Shown in pieces: positions 11,850 through 25,916 of a DNA stretch of 48,568 nt. Within the stretch, counting starts at the first letter, position 1. Each line of letters starts with the position of its first letter. The notes beneath the pieces were generated by a model. The model saw only the letters and a program-made list of their open reading frames with translations. It searched no databases and had not been told where the DNA came from. The position numbers were made by a program, and so were the translations under genes. The stretch is from NCBI RefSeq assembly GCF_038025025.1, contig NW_027117339.1, positions 2,728,001-2,776,568 of the forward strand, given 5' to 3'. This DNA comes from Phyllosticta citribraziliensis. Taxonomy: Eukaryota.

Positions 11850-14800
11850 TATTAGAGGGTATAGTTTTAGTTAGTAGCTTAGAGAGTAGGCTTATTATCC
11901 TTTATAGTACCTTTATAATTTAGCTTATATACTACTATATTCTTCTAGTCTTATAAGTATTTTAGTAGTCCTAGTACCTTAGGGAACTTAGTATAGTACT
12001 CCTTAATTTAATTAGGGATACTAACTATATCTAGGGCCTTATACTATATATTATCTTAGTTATATCCCTTCTACTAAACTTAGTACTTTAGGGTGCCTTA
12101 TTCTACCTTACTATTATATATAAAGTTAACTTTATATTCTTCTTAGTTCTAGTAGATAGTTAGAGGTTTAGGAATAGGGACCTAGCCTAGTAGAGGGGGA
12201 TAAGCCTTCTATAAGTAGTCTATATAGAAGAGGTTTATAACCTTAGTATATACTAGGAGGTCTAGCTTATAGGAGTATCCCTTTTTCTTAATAATATAGT
12301 AGGGCCCTTAGTTCTAGGTATTAAGCTTAGTACTAGATTAGTTAGTACTTATACCTTATATAGAGATATATACCTTATTACCTTCCTTAAAGTTAGGTTC
12401 CTACTAAAATTAGTTTATAGCTTATACTATTTATTCCTAGGTAAGACCTAGCTATTATTTAGCCTACTATATACTTTCTTATATATATTTAGTAAATCTT
12501 TATATAGTAATATAAGATAGTTTCTCTATAGGTTCTAGATATATAGTATATTTCTCCTAATTAAATAGAAAACTAGGCTAGTAGCTAAAGATTAATTTAT
12601 AGGGGGATATACCTATAGATTTATATAGGAGTATAACTTATATAAAGTCTAGTACTAGGAGCCTTTCTACCTAGTTATCCTAAAAATAGTTAATATATAG
12701 TTATAGATATAGGTTAATAACCTAGTTTATAATTTTAATAGTACTATTTATCTAGGAGTAGTAGGCTAAGGTAAGCTTCTACTTAACTCCTATAATTATA
12801 TATAGCTTATTCTAGAAATCTAAAATAAATTAGGGTCCTTAGTTAGAAACTACTAATTTAGGTATACTATATATTCTCTAGATATACTAGTAGTATAGTT
12901 AAGTAATGCCCTTAGTATTAATTACCTTATAGTAGGGAAGGCTAAAGGTTTACTTACTTAGCTAGTCTATAAATACTAAAATTATATTATACCTAGATTT
13001 ATCCTTAGGTATCTCCTTAAAGTCTATAGTAATATACTACTATACCTAGTCTAGGATTAGGAGGGGTTAGAGTAGTCCTAGTTTCTTATTATAGAAGTTT
13101 ATATTCCTTTAGTATATATAGCATACTTTTATAATATTATTAATCTACTAGGAGATACCTAGCTAGTAGTAGTATCTTCTTACTACTTCCTAAGTTTTAT
13201 TTTATCTAGTATATATAATTAAGGGTAATAAGTAAATTTTATTTATAAGTTCTATATATAGTATATCTTACTTAGGAATAAGTAGTTACTCTTTAAAGAA
13301 GAGGTAGTTATTATAGAAGGTCTAATTCTTCTTATTAGGTTTATAGGCTTATATATACTATTCTTCTAATAAGGTAGACTTTTTATTTACTTCTAGTACT
13401 CTATCTAGGATTAGGAATAAGCTACTAAAAGTAATATTAAGAGTATTTAGGTTAAGGATCTAGTCTTTAGCTACTAGTTATATTATATACCTAGTAATAC
13501 TCTTATTCTTCTAGGTTTATAGCTCTTCTTATTTTTAAGTAAGAGTATTAGTAATAATATTATCTCTTCCTAGCCTATATATAAATTTAATATGGTATTT
13601 AGTAAGTTTCTCTAACTATTAGGCTTATTAAGTATTAAGTTAGTATTTAGTAGAGAAGTATTTAAGTACCTAGTAATTAGTAATAGCTATAAATAGCTAA
13701 TATAGGCCTAGGAGTATACTTCTCTATTCTTTAAATCTATATATAATAGTAAGGAACTCCTTATTATAGATTTTATACTAGAGTTCTATATCTAATATTA
13801 ACTTAGAGTAAAAAGCTATAGGCCTCTATTCTCTAGTTTCTTAATACTATAATAGGACTCTAGCTATTACTCTATTACTTATATCTATTTCTATATATAT
13901 AACTAGTCTAGGATTATAATATACTATTACTAGGGAGCTAGTTATTATCTTCTTTAGTTATTAGAATATCTAGACCTTAAAATTATTAAGGATATAAAAT
14001 TTCTATTTAGAGTAGAGTTTCTCTAGTAGTCTAGCTATTCTACTATATTTAGGGATAAAGTTTTAGTAGAAATTATAAAACCCTAGGAAGGCTTAAAGTC
14101 CTTAAGGGTTATTAGTAGGTTCTATTTATATATAGTAGATATCTTATCTAGATCTATAGAGATTCTATTAGTAGAGATAATATATCTTAAAAACTTTATA
14201 TAGGTAATAGAGAATTTAGACTTCTTAATATCTACCTATAAGTTAGTATATTATAGTTATTTAAGTACCTTCTTAACCTACTACTTATACTTCTAAGGGT
14301 TCTCTAAGATAATAAGTAGGTTATCTATAAAAGTAATAATAAAATTATCTAGGTATAATATAAGTTCTTTATTAATAAAGTACTAGAATAAGGTGGGACT
14401 ATTATAGAGTCTAAAGGAGAATATAGTATACTTAAAATATCTATACTATATATAGAAGGTTATTAGGTCCTAGGATTCTAGGTCTATAAGAATTTAGTAA
14501 AATACTTATTAGATATCTAGCTTTATATATACTTTACCCTTAGTAATTCTTTAGAGAATTTCTTAGATAAGAGGTAGAGGGTATAGGTCTTTCTTAGTAT
14601 AGGTATTAAGATATTAGTAGTCTATATAGAATCTCTAGTTACTACTACCCTTCTAGACTATAAGAATTAGTAATATATATAGTATAGTACTTTTAACTAT
14701 AAAGCCTTTTTTAAGGTTTTTAAGGATGTACTTCTTTATAGCTTATAGTTATTTAATTATTATTCTATATAAGGGACTTAGAGGGAGGGAAAAGGGTTTA

Positions 14801-15650
14801 TTTCTATTAATAGTAATCTTATAATTAATACCTAGCTAGTATAGGGGTAGGGTATCTAATTATTATTTAGAAAAGATATCTTAGTATTCCTTATACTATA
14901 GTAGGAGGTATTTATTAAGGAGTTATATAATTTCTTTATCTTCTTTAAGTAAAGTAAGTTCTTAAATTCTTATATTAACTTCTTAGAGAGTAATAACTTA
15001 GACTTCTAAGCTTTTATCCTATATAAAAAGAGAGTTTAAAGGAATAAATAAAGAGTTAGTCCCTAAATTATCTATTTTCTCTTCTATATCTTTTTAGGCT
15101 TTTTCTCTTCTTTCTAGGTCTTCTTAGTATATTTCTAAGATTTTTCCTTATTAGTATACTACTAAGTAAACTAGGGGAAGTATTTTTTTATATATAGGTA
15201 GAGCTTTATTATCCTAGTTAAGAAGCTTATATTTTTTATAATCTAGTAAAAGGTTATTCTAAGAAAAGAAATATTTCCTAAGTATAAGATTATTATAACT
15301 AATTATTATAATAAAGGCCTATATTTTATATATTTTTTAGTAAAGGGTAAGAGTAAGGAAATAGGTATACTTTAGTTTAGTAGCTACTTATTTATTAAAT
15401 CCTAAGGCCTTAAGTATACCCTTAGTAATTTTATATTTATATATACTAAGAGTATTAAGGTATTATATAAGTTATAGGTAGATAAAGTAGGTCCTAAGAG
15501 TACTAGTATTAACTAGTACCTTAGTATAAAGAGCTTTTCTATCTTTATAGATCTTAGTAGGTATAGTAAAGGCTTATCCTTCTATAAAATTATTAATTCT
15601 AATATCTATACCTTTAAACTAGAGGGTCCTAATTATTATCTCTAGGGTAG
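11850..15650 (-). pseudogene. E3 pol relic (protease, RT, RNase H, integrase, chromodomain)
   Basis: LVDTGA (~15500-15520); F(V/I)DD at 14320-14331; ETDASD (~13874-13892); integrase core (~12600-13100); GPY (~12300); chromodomain 'EEYEVDFIHDSK.....LKYQVQWKGY..DDTWY' (~12040-12145). Confidence 0.92.
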
Positions 15651-15659
15651 GCCTAGAGC

Positions 15660-17050
15660 CTAGAGAAGGGAGTTTTCTAAGTTACTACTCTTAAAGGATT
15701 CTTCTAGTTTAAGTATTAGCTTATCTTCTTTAGGCTATATATCTATTTCCTTAATAGGAACTATATAGTCTTATATCTAGTATCTTTCTTTCCTATAATT
15801 ATAGTAGGTATCCTTTCTATTATTACCTATAGATTTCTTAGATTCCTTAGATTTAGTAGTATATAAAGAAGTACTAATATAACTAGGTTTCTTAGGAGTA
15901 GTAGAGCTAATACTAGCTTTCTTTCTAGAATATTCCTCCTACTATTATTTAGCTTTAGATTTACTTACTTATATATAAGAAGCTTAGTAATCCTTTAGGT
16001 TATATATAATAGTAGATACCTTATTAATATAGTCCTAGAACTTAATATAGTTATTATCTTTATAGAGTATTATATATATTTTTAATTAAAGGTTTAAAGA
16101 GGTATAAAACTCTTCCTTCTATTAGGACTAGGGTAGGTCTATATCTAGGACTAGAGCTATAAATTTAGTAATATATAATTAGAAATTATTACTAATATAG
16201 AAGTATAGGTACTAGAGACTATCCTTAACTTCCTTTCTTTTAAAGGGATTATTAAACTTATCCCCTAGAAAGGTATATAAATTAGTATTAGTAATAAGTA
16301 ATTCTTTTTTTTCTTTAGTATTAAGGAATAGAAGAAGGTAATTAGCTACTTTACTATTTATTCTAGATATAATATATACTATAATTACTACCTTAGTATC
16401 TATAGGGTTATCTAAGATAAATTAGTTATAGTTAGTCTAAATTTTATTCTTAACCTAGTAGAGCTAGACCTAGTACTTAGGTACTTTTCTATTTATAAGG
16501 AGAGGTAGATCTAGGATCTTAATATAGTACTTTTAGATAGGCTAGCTAGTAGTAGTATAAGCTAAATTATAGGAGAATATAGTTCCTTTATAAGATAAGT
16601 ATTTATAGTAGGTTTATTCTTTAGTAATTTTATCTATTATATAGACTAGTAGGATTACTAAAATCTTATTCCTATAGTAGTTTATAAACTATCTATAGTA
16701 GGAGATTACTCCTTTTATAGTAGCTACTTAGTACTTCTTATTAAGGAGTAACTTAATAATCTCTATTTTATAAGTCTTATTATACTAACTCTTACTAGGT
16801 ATCTCCTTAGATCTTAAGAGTTTATTAAAGAGCTTAGGAATAATTTCTATATAGGGCCCCTATTCTATTACTACCTTAAGTAGCTTTAGATTCTCTAAAC
16901 TAATTTTATAAATTTATAGGGGGATAGGATTCTCCTCTAGTTCTAGAGGAGAGTTATTAGGGTTTCCTTCTATTTATATAAAAGGGATTAGAGGAGCTAT
17001 AGAAGTTAACCTTATTACTCTACCTTCTTAGCTAGATTCTAGATTAGCTA
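15660..17050 (-). pseudogene. E3 gag relic
   Basis: Zinc knuckle CYNCGKEGHWMRDC (~15765-15806). GGAAAAC-like frameshift site at ~15670-15682. The start is approximate. Confidence 0.8.
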
Positions 17051-17386
17051 TAATTAACTAGTTCTTAACTTAGTCTAATCTATATAATATAACCTTATTA
17101 CTTATAGGGGTTTTAGAGTAGGAGACTACCTATATTCTCTTTATATACTAATCTCTACTTCTTATATAAAGTAGCTCTAGCTATATACCTAGAGGTCCTC
17201 TAGGCTTATAGGGGTATCTACTAGTACTTATACTATAAGACTTAGAGTAGGGCTTAGCTAACTAGTATAGGTATTATTCCTAGAATATATACCTAGTATT
17301 CTTAGTAGGGGATATTTTAGACCTTCCTAGGTATTAGGAGAATTAGTATAAGGAAAGATATAGTAACTTAATAATCTTTATTTTTC

Positions 17387-17972
17387 TATTATAGGCTAAT
17401 AGGTCACCTAATTAGTAGGCTAGTTCTAAGTAACTATCTAGTTAATAATAAGGTATATAAGTATAGGAGATAAAGCTAAGTAAGAAGGGTATATAATAAG
17501 GTATAAGTTAAGTTAGTAGGGAGTCTACTTAGGAGTATTAATTATAAGAAAATAAAGATAGCTATTTATAGTATTTATATAATAAGATCCTTTTTATATT
17601 CTATTATCTAATTTACCTTAGGAATTATAACTAAAGAAAGATAGGTACTATAAGAGAAGAGACCTTATCTTAATCCTAAATTATATAGTAGTTTACTAGC
17701 TTATTAGTAGTAATATACTTCTTAAAACTAACTACTTAGCTAAGTCCCTACTATAGGTATAGGAGGTTCTATTCTTATTTCTATTATTATATTAGTAATA
17801 TATATATAGGTACTAGGGTTAAATTATCTAAGTAGCTATAGCTCTTAAGGAGTTAGGTAACTTTAGTATATATAGCTTATAGTTATAGCTAGTAGTTATA
17901 GTATAGGTGCGCCTAGCGCTTAATACTAAGTAGTATTTAATATAATCATGGGTTTTTAGCCAACCTATAATA
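17387..17972 (-). repeat. E3 5' LTR
   Basis: Direct repeat of 9078-9663, followed by the TSD gctag. Confidence 0.95.
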
Positions 17973-19950
17973 GCTAGAGAGGTACTAGGTTAGATATACC
18001 CCTTATAGATAAGGTTATTAATATAGTAGTAGACTACTTCTATCTCCTAAGGGTTAAAGGGTCTATAATTATAAGTAAATAGGGGATCCTTTCTAGCTTC
18101 TAGGGTAATCTTATAGTCTTTAGGTAAATAGTTAGGGAGAGATTTAGTATACTCCTAGTTAAAGATAGAGATAAGGTTATAGAGGTAGCTAGGGACTTAG
18201 GACTTTAGTTTAGAGAGTAAGAGTTTAGATTTCCTCTTTTTAAACTTCTTAAAGTCTTCTAGAGTAATAGTATTAGTTATAGTAGAATAGAGTTAGATAA
18301 TAGAGTTAATAGGGAAGAGGAGATTAGAGTTATAGTTATATTAATAGGTAAGTTAGTAGAAGGAGGTAGTACTAATAAACTTTATATTAAAAATAGACTA
18401 CTCCTTATCCTTCTATAGTAGAGGAGTATCTATAGTAAAGACTTAGACTAGTTTTCCTTTAGTAAAGTAACTAGTATAGAGATAATTCTTAAAGGAGAGG
18501 GTAATAGAGTACTATTTATAGTTAATAGTAGTATTATATTTAGAGAGCTAAGAGTCTCTAAGGATAAGGGAGAGTTATAGAATAGTTATAATATAGTAGA
18601 AGACCTAGCTAATATAGTTACTAAGGGCTAAGTTTACTAGTATAGTATATTTAAGAATAGAGTTAACTAATCTATTAGTATTAAGGAGCTTTATAGGTAA
18701 CTAGAGTAGAAAAGTATTAATATAATATTTATATATATAACTCTTATTAATTATATTTACTTTAGTACTACTATTAAGTAGGATCTTTATAGGGGAACTA
18801 TCTATTAAGGAGTAAAAGACTAGGTAGCCCCTAACTTAGGGTTAGGTAATATCTAATATTAAAATCTTATAAGATAGTAAACTATAAGTTAAATCTTATT
18901 TAATAGAGAAGGAATAAAGAGTTATAAGCTATACTAGCTAAGAATCTAAAGAGTAACTATCCTCTAGGTTTAACCTTTTAACTTAGGGTTAGTAGTAATC
19001 TTCTTATTAGTAAAGGAATTATTAAAAGAGCTAATATCTATAAGGTTTAGATAAGTAGGGTAAGGGTTAAGGTCTTAAATAGAGTAGACTAGGTTACTAG
19101 TATAGTATCTAGAGCTCTAATAATAGAAGTAATAGTCCTAAGTAGTAAGCTTTATATAACTAGTTAAGTTAAGCTTCTTAGAGGATAGCTTAGGCTTATA
19201 CTAGACTCTAGTCTAACCTAGAGATTTTATAGTAGTAGGCCTCTATTTAGGGCTAGAGAAGCTATTAGTAGTTAGAACTAAGGAGTAAATTATAAGATAA
19301 GAGGAGTTATTTCTAGCTAGCTAGCTTTACTAGTATAAGGACTAGGAGTAAGGTTAGTAGGTATTAATACTAAGTATATTTCTTTTAATATTTTAGAAGA
19401 TCTTAAGGATATTAAAAGTCTAGGTAAAGGTTAGATAAAGGATATAATAAGAGAGAGAGAGATAAAGAGAGTAAATAAAACTTTAGAGATACTTATCCTC
19501 TATATACCTAGCTTAGGACTAAAGGGTAAGAAGCCTTATATAGAACTAGAAGGTATTCTTATCTCCTCTCTAATAGATAGAGTAGAGTTCTATATAGGCT
19601 CTCTTAACTAGGTTAGAGGTACCTAATTAGTATTTAATCTTATAAAAGAAGTTAGAGAGGGAAATAAAGTAGCCCTTATAATTATAGTAAGAGAACTATT
19701 CTTATATAGAGGTAAAGAGGGGGTTATTAAGGAAGTAGAGGGTATAGAGTATTTTTCTCTTCTCTATAGGATAGAGGGGGGTATCTATTTTTAGTTTTAT
19801 TTTAATAGTAAAGTACTATTAGATATACTTATTAGGGTTAGTACTATTAAACTTCTCTAATAGGTTTATACTAGATTTCTAGAAGGACTTTAATAGGATA
19901 ACCTAAGTAGTAATAGAGTCCTTATAAAGAAAAGGGGTTTCTTTATAGTT
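17973..19950 (-). pseudogene. E2 gag-protease and N-terminal pol relic
   Basis: Zinc-knuckle-like CFRCQSSGH (~19090-19125); LLDSGA at 18764-18781; ggaaaactag slippery site plus stop at 18448-18457; RT N-terminus at 17973-18070. Confidence 0.8.
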
Positions 19951-20092
19951 CTAGTTAAGGGTATAGGTAGTAGTTACTTAACTAGTAGGGGCTTAGTTTA
20001 TAGGTTTTTAAGAGGTAGTAAAGTAAGGTACTTAGGTTAAATAGCTAGAAGGAAGGTCTTTATTATTACTAATAGCTTTAATATAGGGAATA

Positions 20093-20328
20093 TATTATAA
20101 AGTAGCTAAACTAGTACCTAAGTAAGGCGTATTAATTAGCTAATAGTTAATAATTATAAGGTAGAGTAGTAGGGAGGATATAGAGCTATAGCTAACTTAG
20201 CCTATAGCTTACTTAGATATATATACTACTATATAACTAAGGTTTAGCTAACCCTATACCTTAGTATTCTTATAGGCCTTATACCTACTCTACTACCTAT
20301 CTATTCTATCTATATTAATTTATCTTAC
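20093..20328 (-). repeat. LTR-like segment between the E4 polypurine tract and the E2 leader (assignment unresolved)
   Basis: Ends ...ctttataata on the minus strand, consistent with a RIP-mutated ...ACA terminus. It directly follows the E4 polypurine tract. No second copy in the window. Confidence 0.4.
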
Positions 20329-20349
20329 TACCCCCCTCCCCTTTAGGTC

Positions 20350-23300
20350 CTTAACCTAAGGACTAGCTATTAGGTAGGTATAGTCCCTTTTTATTATTTA
20401 TCTAATACTAATTTAGGATAGTCTTAGCTACTCTATTAAATAAGCTATTATTAGTATCCTACTAGGTTATATTAGGTAGATATCCTATCTAATAAACCTA
20501 AAACTATAGTATACCTCCCCTTTACTTATTTATCTAGGTATCTAGGACCTCCTATATATACTACTCCTCTTTACTCTTATTATTTAGCTCTAGTAGTAGG
20601 AGTAGCTCCTATTAACTAGATAATAGCCTATTATTATATTAATATAACTACTCTATATTAAATTAGTTAGTAATATAAGAGCCTTATAGTAGGTCTAATA
20701 TTACCTAGTTACCTCTTATAGAGTCTACTTAATATAGCCCTAGATTAGGCTATCTAAGCTTCTAGGGGTATCTAGTATCTATATACTTTACTTTAATAAA
20801 GATAAGGTTATTCTCTTAAATATTATAAGTATATTAGTACTTATTAGCTTAGTATACTTATCTCTCCTTTATAAGTATAAGTACTAACTAAGTCTTTAAC
20901 TAGATATCCTCTATTAGTTTTACCTATTCTATAGCTAATATCTTAGCTCTTAACTTTAGTTTTACTTTACTATAATTAAAGTTTATATATAGTTTAAAGC
21001 TATAATATATAAAGAAGGGGGATATACCTATAGATATATTAACTAATATATTAATTATAAGTTTAGTAATTAGTAGCTATATATCCTAGTTATCTTATCT
21101 CTAGTTAATAAAGCTATATAAGTACTTCTTAAGCTCTTAGTTAGCTTACTCTATTTAGCTATCTAACTATAGGTAATAGGGAGTTATTAGCTTAGCTATT
21201 ATCTTTAGTTACTATAGTACCTCCTTCTATAAGTTAGTAATAAACTATAGGCTATAGTCTAAAATAATAGTCCTTAGTAGGCTATAGAGGCTAAAGACCT
21301 ACTTAATTATTATTTTAGCTATCTTAGCTACTCCTATCCTACTATCTTCTATACTATACTTAATATAGTACTTAGACTTACTAAACTAGTTATATACTAT
21401 AAGGATAGTATTATAACCCTATTTAGTCTTCTTAAGGCTAGTTATAAAGTCTATAGTAAGGTCCTCCTATAGGTACTCTCCTACTAGTAATAGCTATAAT
21501 AGGCTATTTATTTTATTATATTTCTAGCTATAGCTATAAAGTATATAGTTCTTTATAAGTTAGGTAATTAGTTCTCTTATCTTTAGAAAGTAATACTAGC
21601 TTAATACTATAGGGTATATTCTAGCTATACCTAGATATCCTATTACTAGCTAATTATAGATATACCTAAGTAAGTAGATATATAGGCTATTCTCCTCTAG
21701 TATATATAACCTATTAGCTATATATAGTAAGCTATTATAGAGTATATATACTTTATACTCTCCTACTTACTTATAGAGAGAGTCTATTTCTAGTATTATC
21801 TTATAGTTATACTATTTAATCACTTTAATAATATCCTCTAGGTCTATTAGGTCTAGTTAGCTAGTAATAGCTTTAGGGTCCTTTATCTAAATATTACTAT
21901 TATCTTTCTTTCTACTAGTTATTAGGTTTACTATACTAGTAGAAGGTAAAGTAGGTAGGGAAGGAGTATTATAGTCTACTCCTCTTAGTCTTAACCTATT
22001 AACTAAGGTCTACTCTTCCTATTTATAGTTACTATTATTACTTATAAATTATATTAGGAGAGGGGGAAGTATAGAGCTAATAAGTAGTATTAGCTACTTA
22101 TTCTCTAGCTTTACCTTAGTATACTCTAGGTCATCTTTAATAATATTATCCTTATACTCCTCTAGAGGGGCGTAGAAGGGAGTATACTTATTAGATTTAT
22201 TTATAATAGAATTAGCCTAGTCTAGGAGTAGGTCCTACTATTTATAGGACTTATCTAATCTCTTAGGGGGGAGTAGTACTTAATACTAGTACTAGTTATA
22301 ATTATTATTTTTAGTTACTTAGTCTTATATTTAGTAGGTAAGAGTGTCAGCTTTACTATTTACTTTTCTAGGTTAGTAGATAATCTTAAAATAGTATCCT
22401 ACTAGTTCTTTATTCTACTAAATCTAATACTATTAGAGCTTCTTAGTTATTATAAACTACTATAGTATCTAGTAATTAGTATATATAGTAAATAGTTCTA
22501 GGTCTACTAACTTTAGTTCTAGCTCCTAGGCTTTAAGCACTATAATAATAGCTAATAACTCCTTATTATAGATTATATAGTTTATTTTAGCTAGAGTTAT
22601 AGTATATAAGAAGAAGGCTACTAGGTATATTTATCTATTAATCTTCTAAGAGAGAACCCTACTAATATTAATATTAGATATATTAGTCTCTATAATAGTC
22701 TTAAGCTTTAGGTTAAAGTAGTATAAGATAGGTATACTTATTATAGTATCCTTAAGAGCCTTAAATACTTACTACTATTCTAGTCCCTATATAAATAGGA
22801 TATCCTTCCTTATTAGCTATATTAGTAGCTTAGCTTTACTACTAAATCTATAGATAAAATACCTATAAAAGTTTATAAATCCTAAGAATAACTAGATATT
22901 ATATATAGAGTAGGGGGCTTACTAGCCTATAATTACCTTAATCTTTATAGGGTCTATCCTTAGCCCCTAGGTAGTAATAATTACTCCTAAAAACTTTATT
23001 TCTTATATATAGAAATTATACTTATTAATATCTACTTATAAACTCTAGTTATATAGGTATTTTAGTACTTTATAGATATATTACTAGTACTCTTTAAGTA
23101 TCTTACTATAGATTAGTATATTATTAAGATATACTATATAGAACTTATTTAGGAACTCTATAAGATACTAATTAATAAGTAATTACTATATAGCAGGCCT
23201 ATTTACTATACTAAAAGGTATTACCTTATAGTAGTGAGTACTAAACTTAGTTTAGAATATTATAAGATTATATAAATCTTTATTAACTAGGATATAGTTA

Positions 23301-24745
23301 AAAGCTTATCTAATATCTACTTTTATAAGATATTTAGCTCCCTAGATAAGGGTAATAATTTTTATTAATTAGTAAGATAGCATACCTATCCTTCTTTATT
23401 ATATTATTAAGTTATTAGTAGTCTATATAGAACTATACTCCTCCTCTAGGCTTATAGACTAATAAGATAGGGGATAAGATAGATAAATAGCTCTTCTTAA
23501 TAAAGTCTTTAGCTTTATTCTCTTAGATATACTATTTCACCTTACTAGCTATTACCTTAGATATATATAATAGCTATCTATACCTAATACTATTAGTATT
23601 ACTACTTAGTTTAATCTTAAAGTCTAAGCTAGGGTAAGAGGGCAGTAACTTATTAGATACCTCTTTAGAAAATACCTTAAGTAAATTATAATACTCTTTT
23701 AGCACCTTAGTCTTTAGGTCTATAGCCTCCTTAGAGTACTTATCTTACTAAAGATTAAGGTCCTTCTAGCTAATATAGTTTATACCTTATACCTAATTAA
23801 TAGCTTTAGGGTAGTTAGTATTAATAAGGCAGTAGACTATTATCTCTACCCCTTTCTCTTTATCTATAAGTATAAATATGGTACTATAGGCCTTTAGGCC
23901 ATACTTCTTAACTATCTTCTTATATATAGACTATAAGATAGGGGTAATATCTTTAGTACTATCCTACTTTACCTATATCTTATATAGTAACAGCAATAGA
24001 GCCTTATATCTAATTATTACTATAATTAATTCTTTACTATAAGTATACTTAGTTTAGGTTATTTCTATTAGGGAATCTCTACTTTTATCTTAAGTCTTTT
24101 AGTTATCTAGTCCTATTAGTAGAACTGTCTAGCTTGGTAACTTACTCTCTAATTAGTCTAATTCTACTAGTAGAATTAGTTAGTAAGCCTCTTTATTATT
24201 TAATTAGCTAGATTCTACTAGTAGAATCCTCTTTAGGATTTTAGGTATTATCTATAATTTACTATTTTTATAGAGTAATCCTATATTTATATTTACTAGT
24301 TATTAAATCTCTAGGGTACTAGCTCCTATATTAATTATAAAGCTATACTACTTTTAGTACTCCTAGCTAATATATATATTATAATCCTTACTAAGTAGTA
24401 TAATTATAAATAGTATAGAAAGGTTATAATATAGTCCTACCTATAGGTAGAAGTTTAATTAGTATATAAATTAGTAGTAGTCTTTTTTAGTAAAACCTAT
24501 TATAATATAAGGCTTTTCTAGAGGCTACTTATATACTCTATACTAGTAGAGATAGTTTACTAATAAAGTATTAATATATATATACCCTCTATAGCTAGTA
24601 TCTACTAGGGCTTAAAGAGGGATAACTTATCCTATAATATATATATAGATAATATAAGAGTAGGATAAAGAGAGTCTATTACTACTTAATCTATCCTTAT
24701 CTAAACTATTATCTTATATACCCTACTCTATAACTTTAAGTAAGG
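20350..24745 (-). pseudogene. E4 pol relic
   Basis: ALVDTG at 24594-24611; YLDD at 23120-23131; RNase H 'HPVAFFS......EINYEIYDKELLA' (~22550-22630); chromodomain 'EEWYVQEVLD.......LQFQVHWTGYPPDTTW' (~20460-20570). Confidence 0.92.
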
Positions 24746-24746
24746 C

Positions 24747-25320
24747 TACTTATTTTCTAAGTTAGTATTAATAATATAAATAGACTAAACCTTATCCTTA
24801 TTTTTATCTAGGTAGTTATAGGAGATATAGCCTATCTTATTATAGTTATAATACTTTACTATAGATATATTATATTTACTAGTAATATTCTTATCCTTCT
24901 CTATATCCTTATTATCTATATAAGTAGTATTAGTATTAGTACTATTACTACCTTAACTACTATAGAATCCTCTATATCTACTATATCCTCTATAGGAGGT
25001 ATATCTACTAGTATATATATTATTATCTCTATCCTTATAAGTCTTAGTACTAAAGGTATAGTTATAGGTAGCCTAAGTATTAGTAGTCTCTATAAGAAAT
25101 AAGATTATATTATTAAGAGAGTTATTATATTAAGTAAGTATAAGATAGTAGTTACTTTATAAAAGCTTAACTAATAGACTTTCCTTTATAGTTATATAAT
25201 CCTAGCTAGTAGCTATAATAAGGGACTAGAACTTAATAAGGAATTCTTTTAGTAGGGTAGTACTTTATATAAGAGTACTAAGCTTAGTAATAGTATTACC
25301 CTACTTATTATTAATACTAT
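24747..25320 (-). pseudogene. E4 gag relic, C-terminal part
   Basis: CYNCNKMGHISRNC knuckle (~24812-24853). ttagaaaataagtag frameshift site plus stop (~24747-24760). Retrotransposon-gag-like helix region up to 25320. Confidence 0.8.
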
Positions 25321-25916
25321 TGTGGCACTGCTAGCCGGCACGGTTTTCGCGGCTTTTAATAGTTACTTTTAGTAATTGTAGTCCTTATTCTTAGCTGCAG
25401 TTTTAGCTTAGATATAAGTAGAAGATTAGGCTAGTAAGAAAATAAGACTATAGGTAGCTCTAGGATACTAGGAAGGTATAGTTCTGCGCGGTTTAGTAGT
25501 AATAATAATGGCTAATAAAAGTATAGGTGAATTTAGCATCTTTAGTAGTAATAGGAGGTTTTATACTATTAGTATTTTTAGTAGTAGATTAGCTGGTTAT
25601 ATACCCCCTTTTATAGCTGCTTATTAAGAGGTACTACTTATATAAATAAAGTCTTTTATACTTAGTTAAACTATTATCTACTAAATACTTAGTTATTTAT
25701 TTATTTACACTTATTATTTATACCTGAATCTTATACTACTTAGATAGTAAAGTAATAGCTAGATAGTAGCTTATTTTAGTTAGTTTAGTAGTTATTTTAT
25801 TCCTATCCTATAGAGCCTACTTATTTACTACTAGTTACTATCTCTTATACCTCTTCTAGTACTAGTACCTTAGCTGGCTAAGTAAGTATATTAGTAAGTA
25901 GCTAGTCCTACCTATA
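25321..25916 (+). repeat. LTR-A copy 3, probable 5' LTR of E5
   Basis: 596-bp match to the two solo LTRs, but flanks differ (ctat / tttt) so there is no TSD. A plus-strand gag-pol follows. Confidence 0.88.

Larger units (their letters stand above)
9078..17972 (-). mobile_element. E3: full-length chromovirus-type Ty3/gypsy element (8895 bp) with an extra antisense ORF
   Basis: Two 586-bp direct-repeat LTRs, 5-bp TSD gctag (9073-9077 and 17973-17977), polypurine tract, and gag-PR-RT-RH-IN-chromodomain on the minus strand. Confidence 0.96.
6146..20283 (-). mobile_element. E2: Ty3/gypsy relic, interrupted by E1 (integrase), solo LTR-A copy 2 (RNase H) and E3 (RT)
   Basis: The pol frame rejoins across both insertions: 'MLSQ|VIDKQLHPVAFFSKK' across 7606-8201 and 'GYIQPSTSPA|AAPMLIVRKPNGGLRVCVDYRGLN' across 9078-17972. 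The 5' boundary is uncertain. Confidence 0.85.
20329..25320 (-). mobile_element. E4: chromovirus-type Ty3/gypsy relic, gag cut at 25320 by insertion of E5
   Basis: Polypurine tract ggggagggggg (20331-20341), chromodomain, integrase, RNase H, RT, protease and zinc knuckle in the expected order on the minus strand. Confidence 0.9.

Noticed and set aside
1..25320. All four chromovirus-like elements share the minus orientation
   Set aside because: With four elements this has a 1 in 8 chance probability, which is not meaningful.
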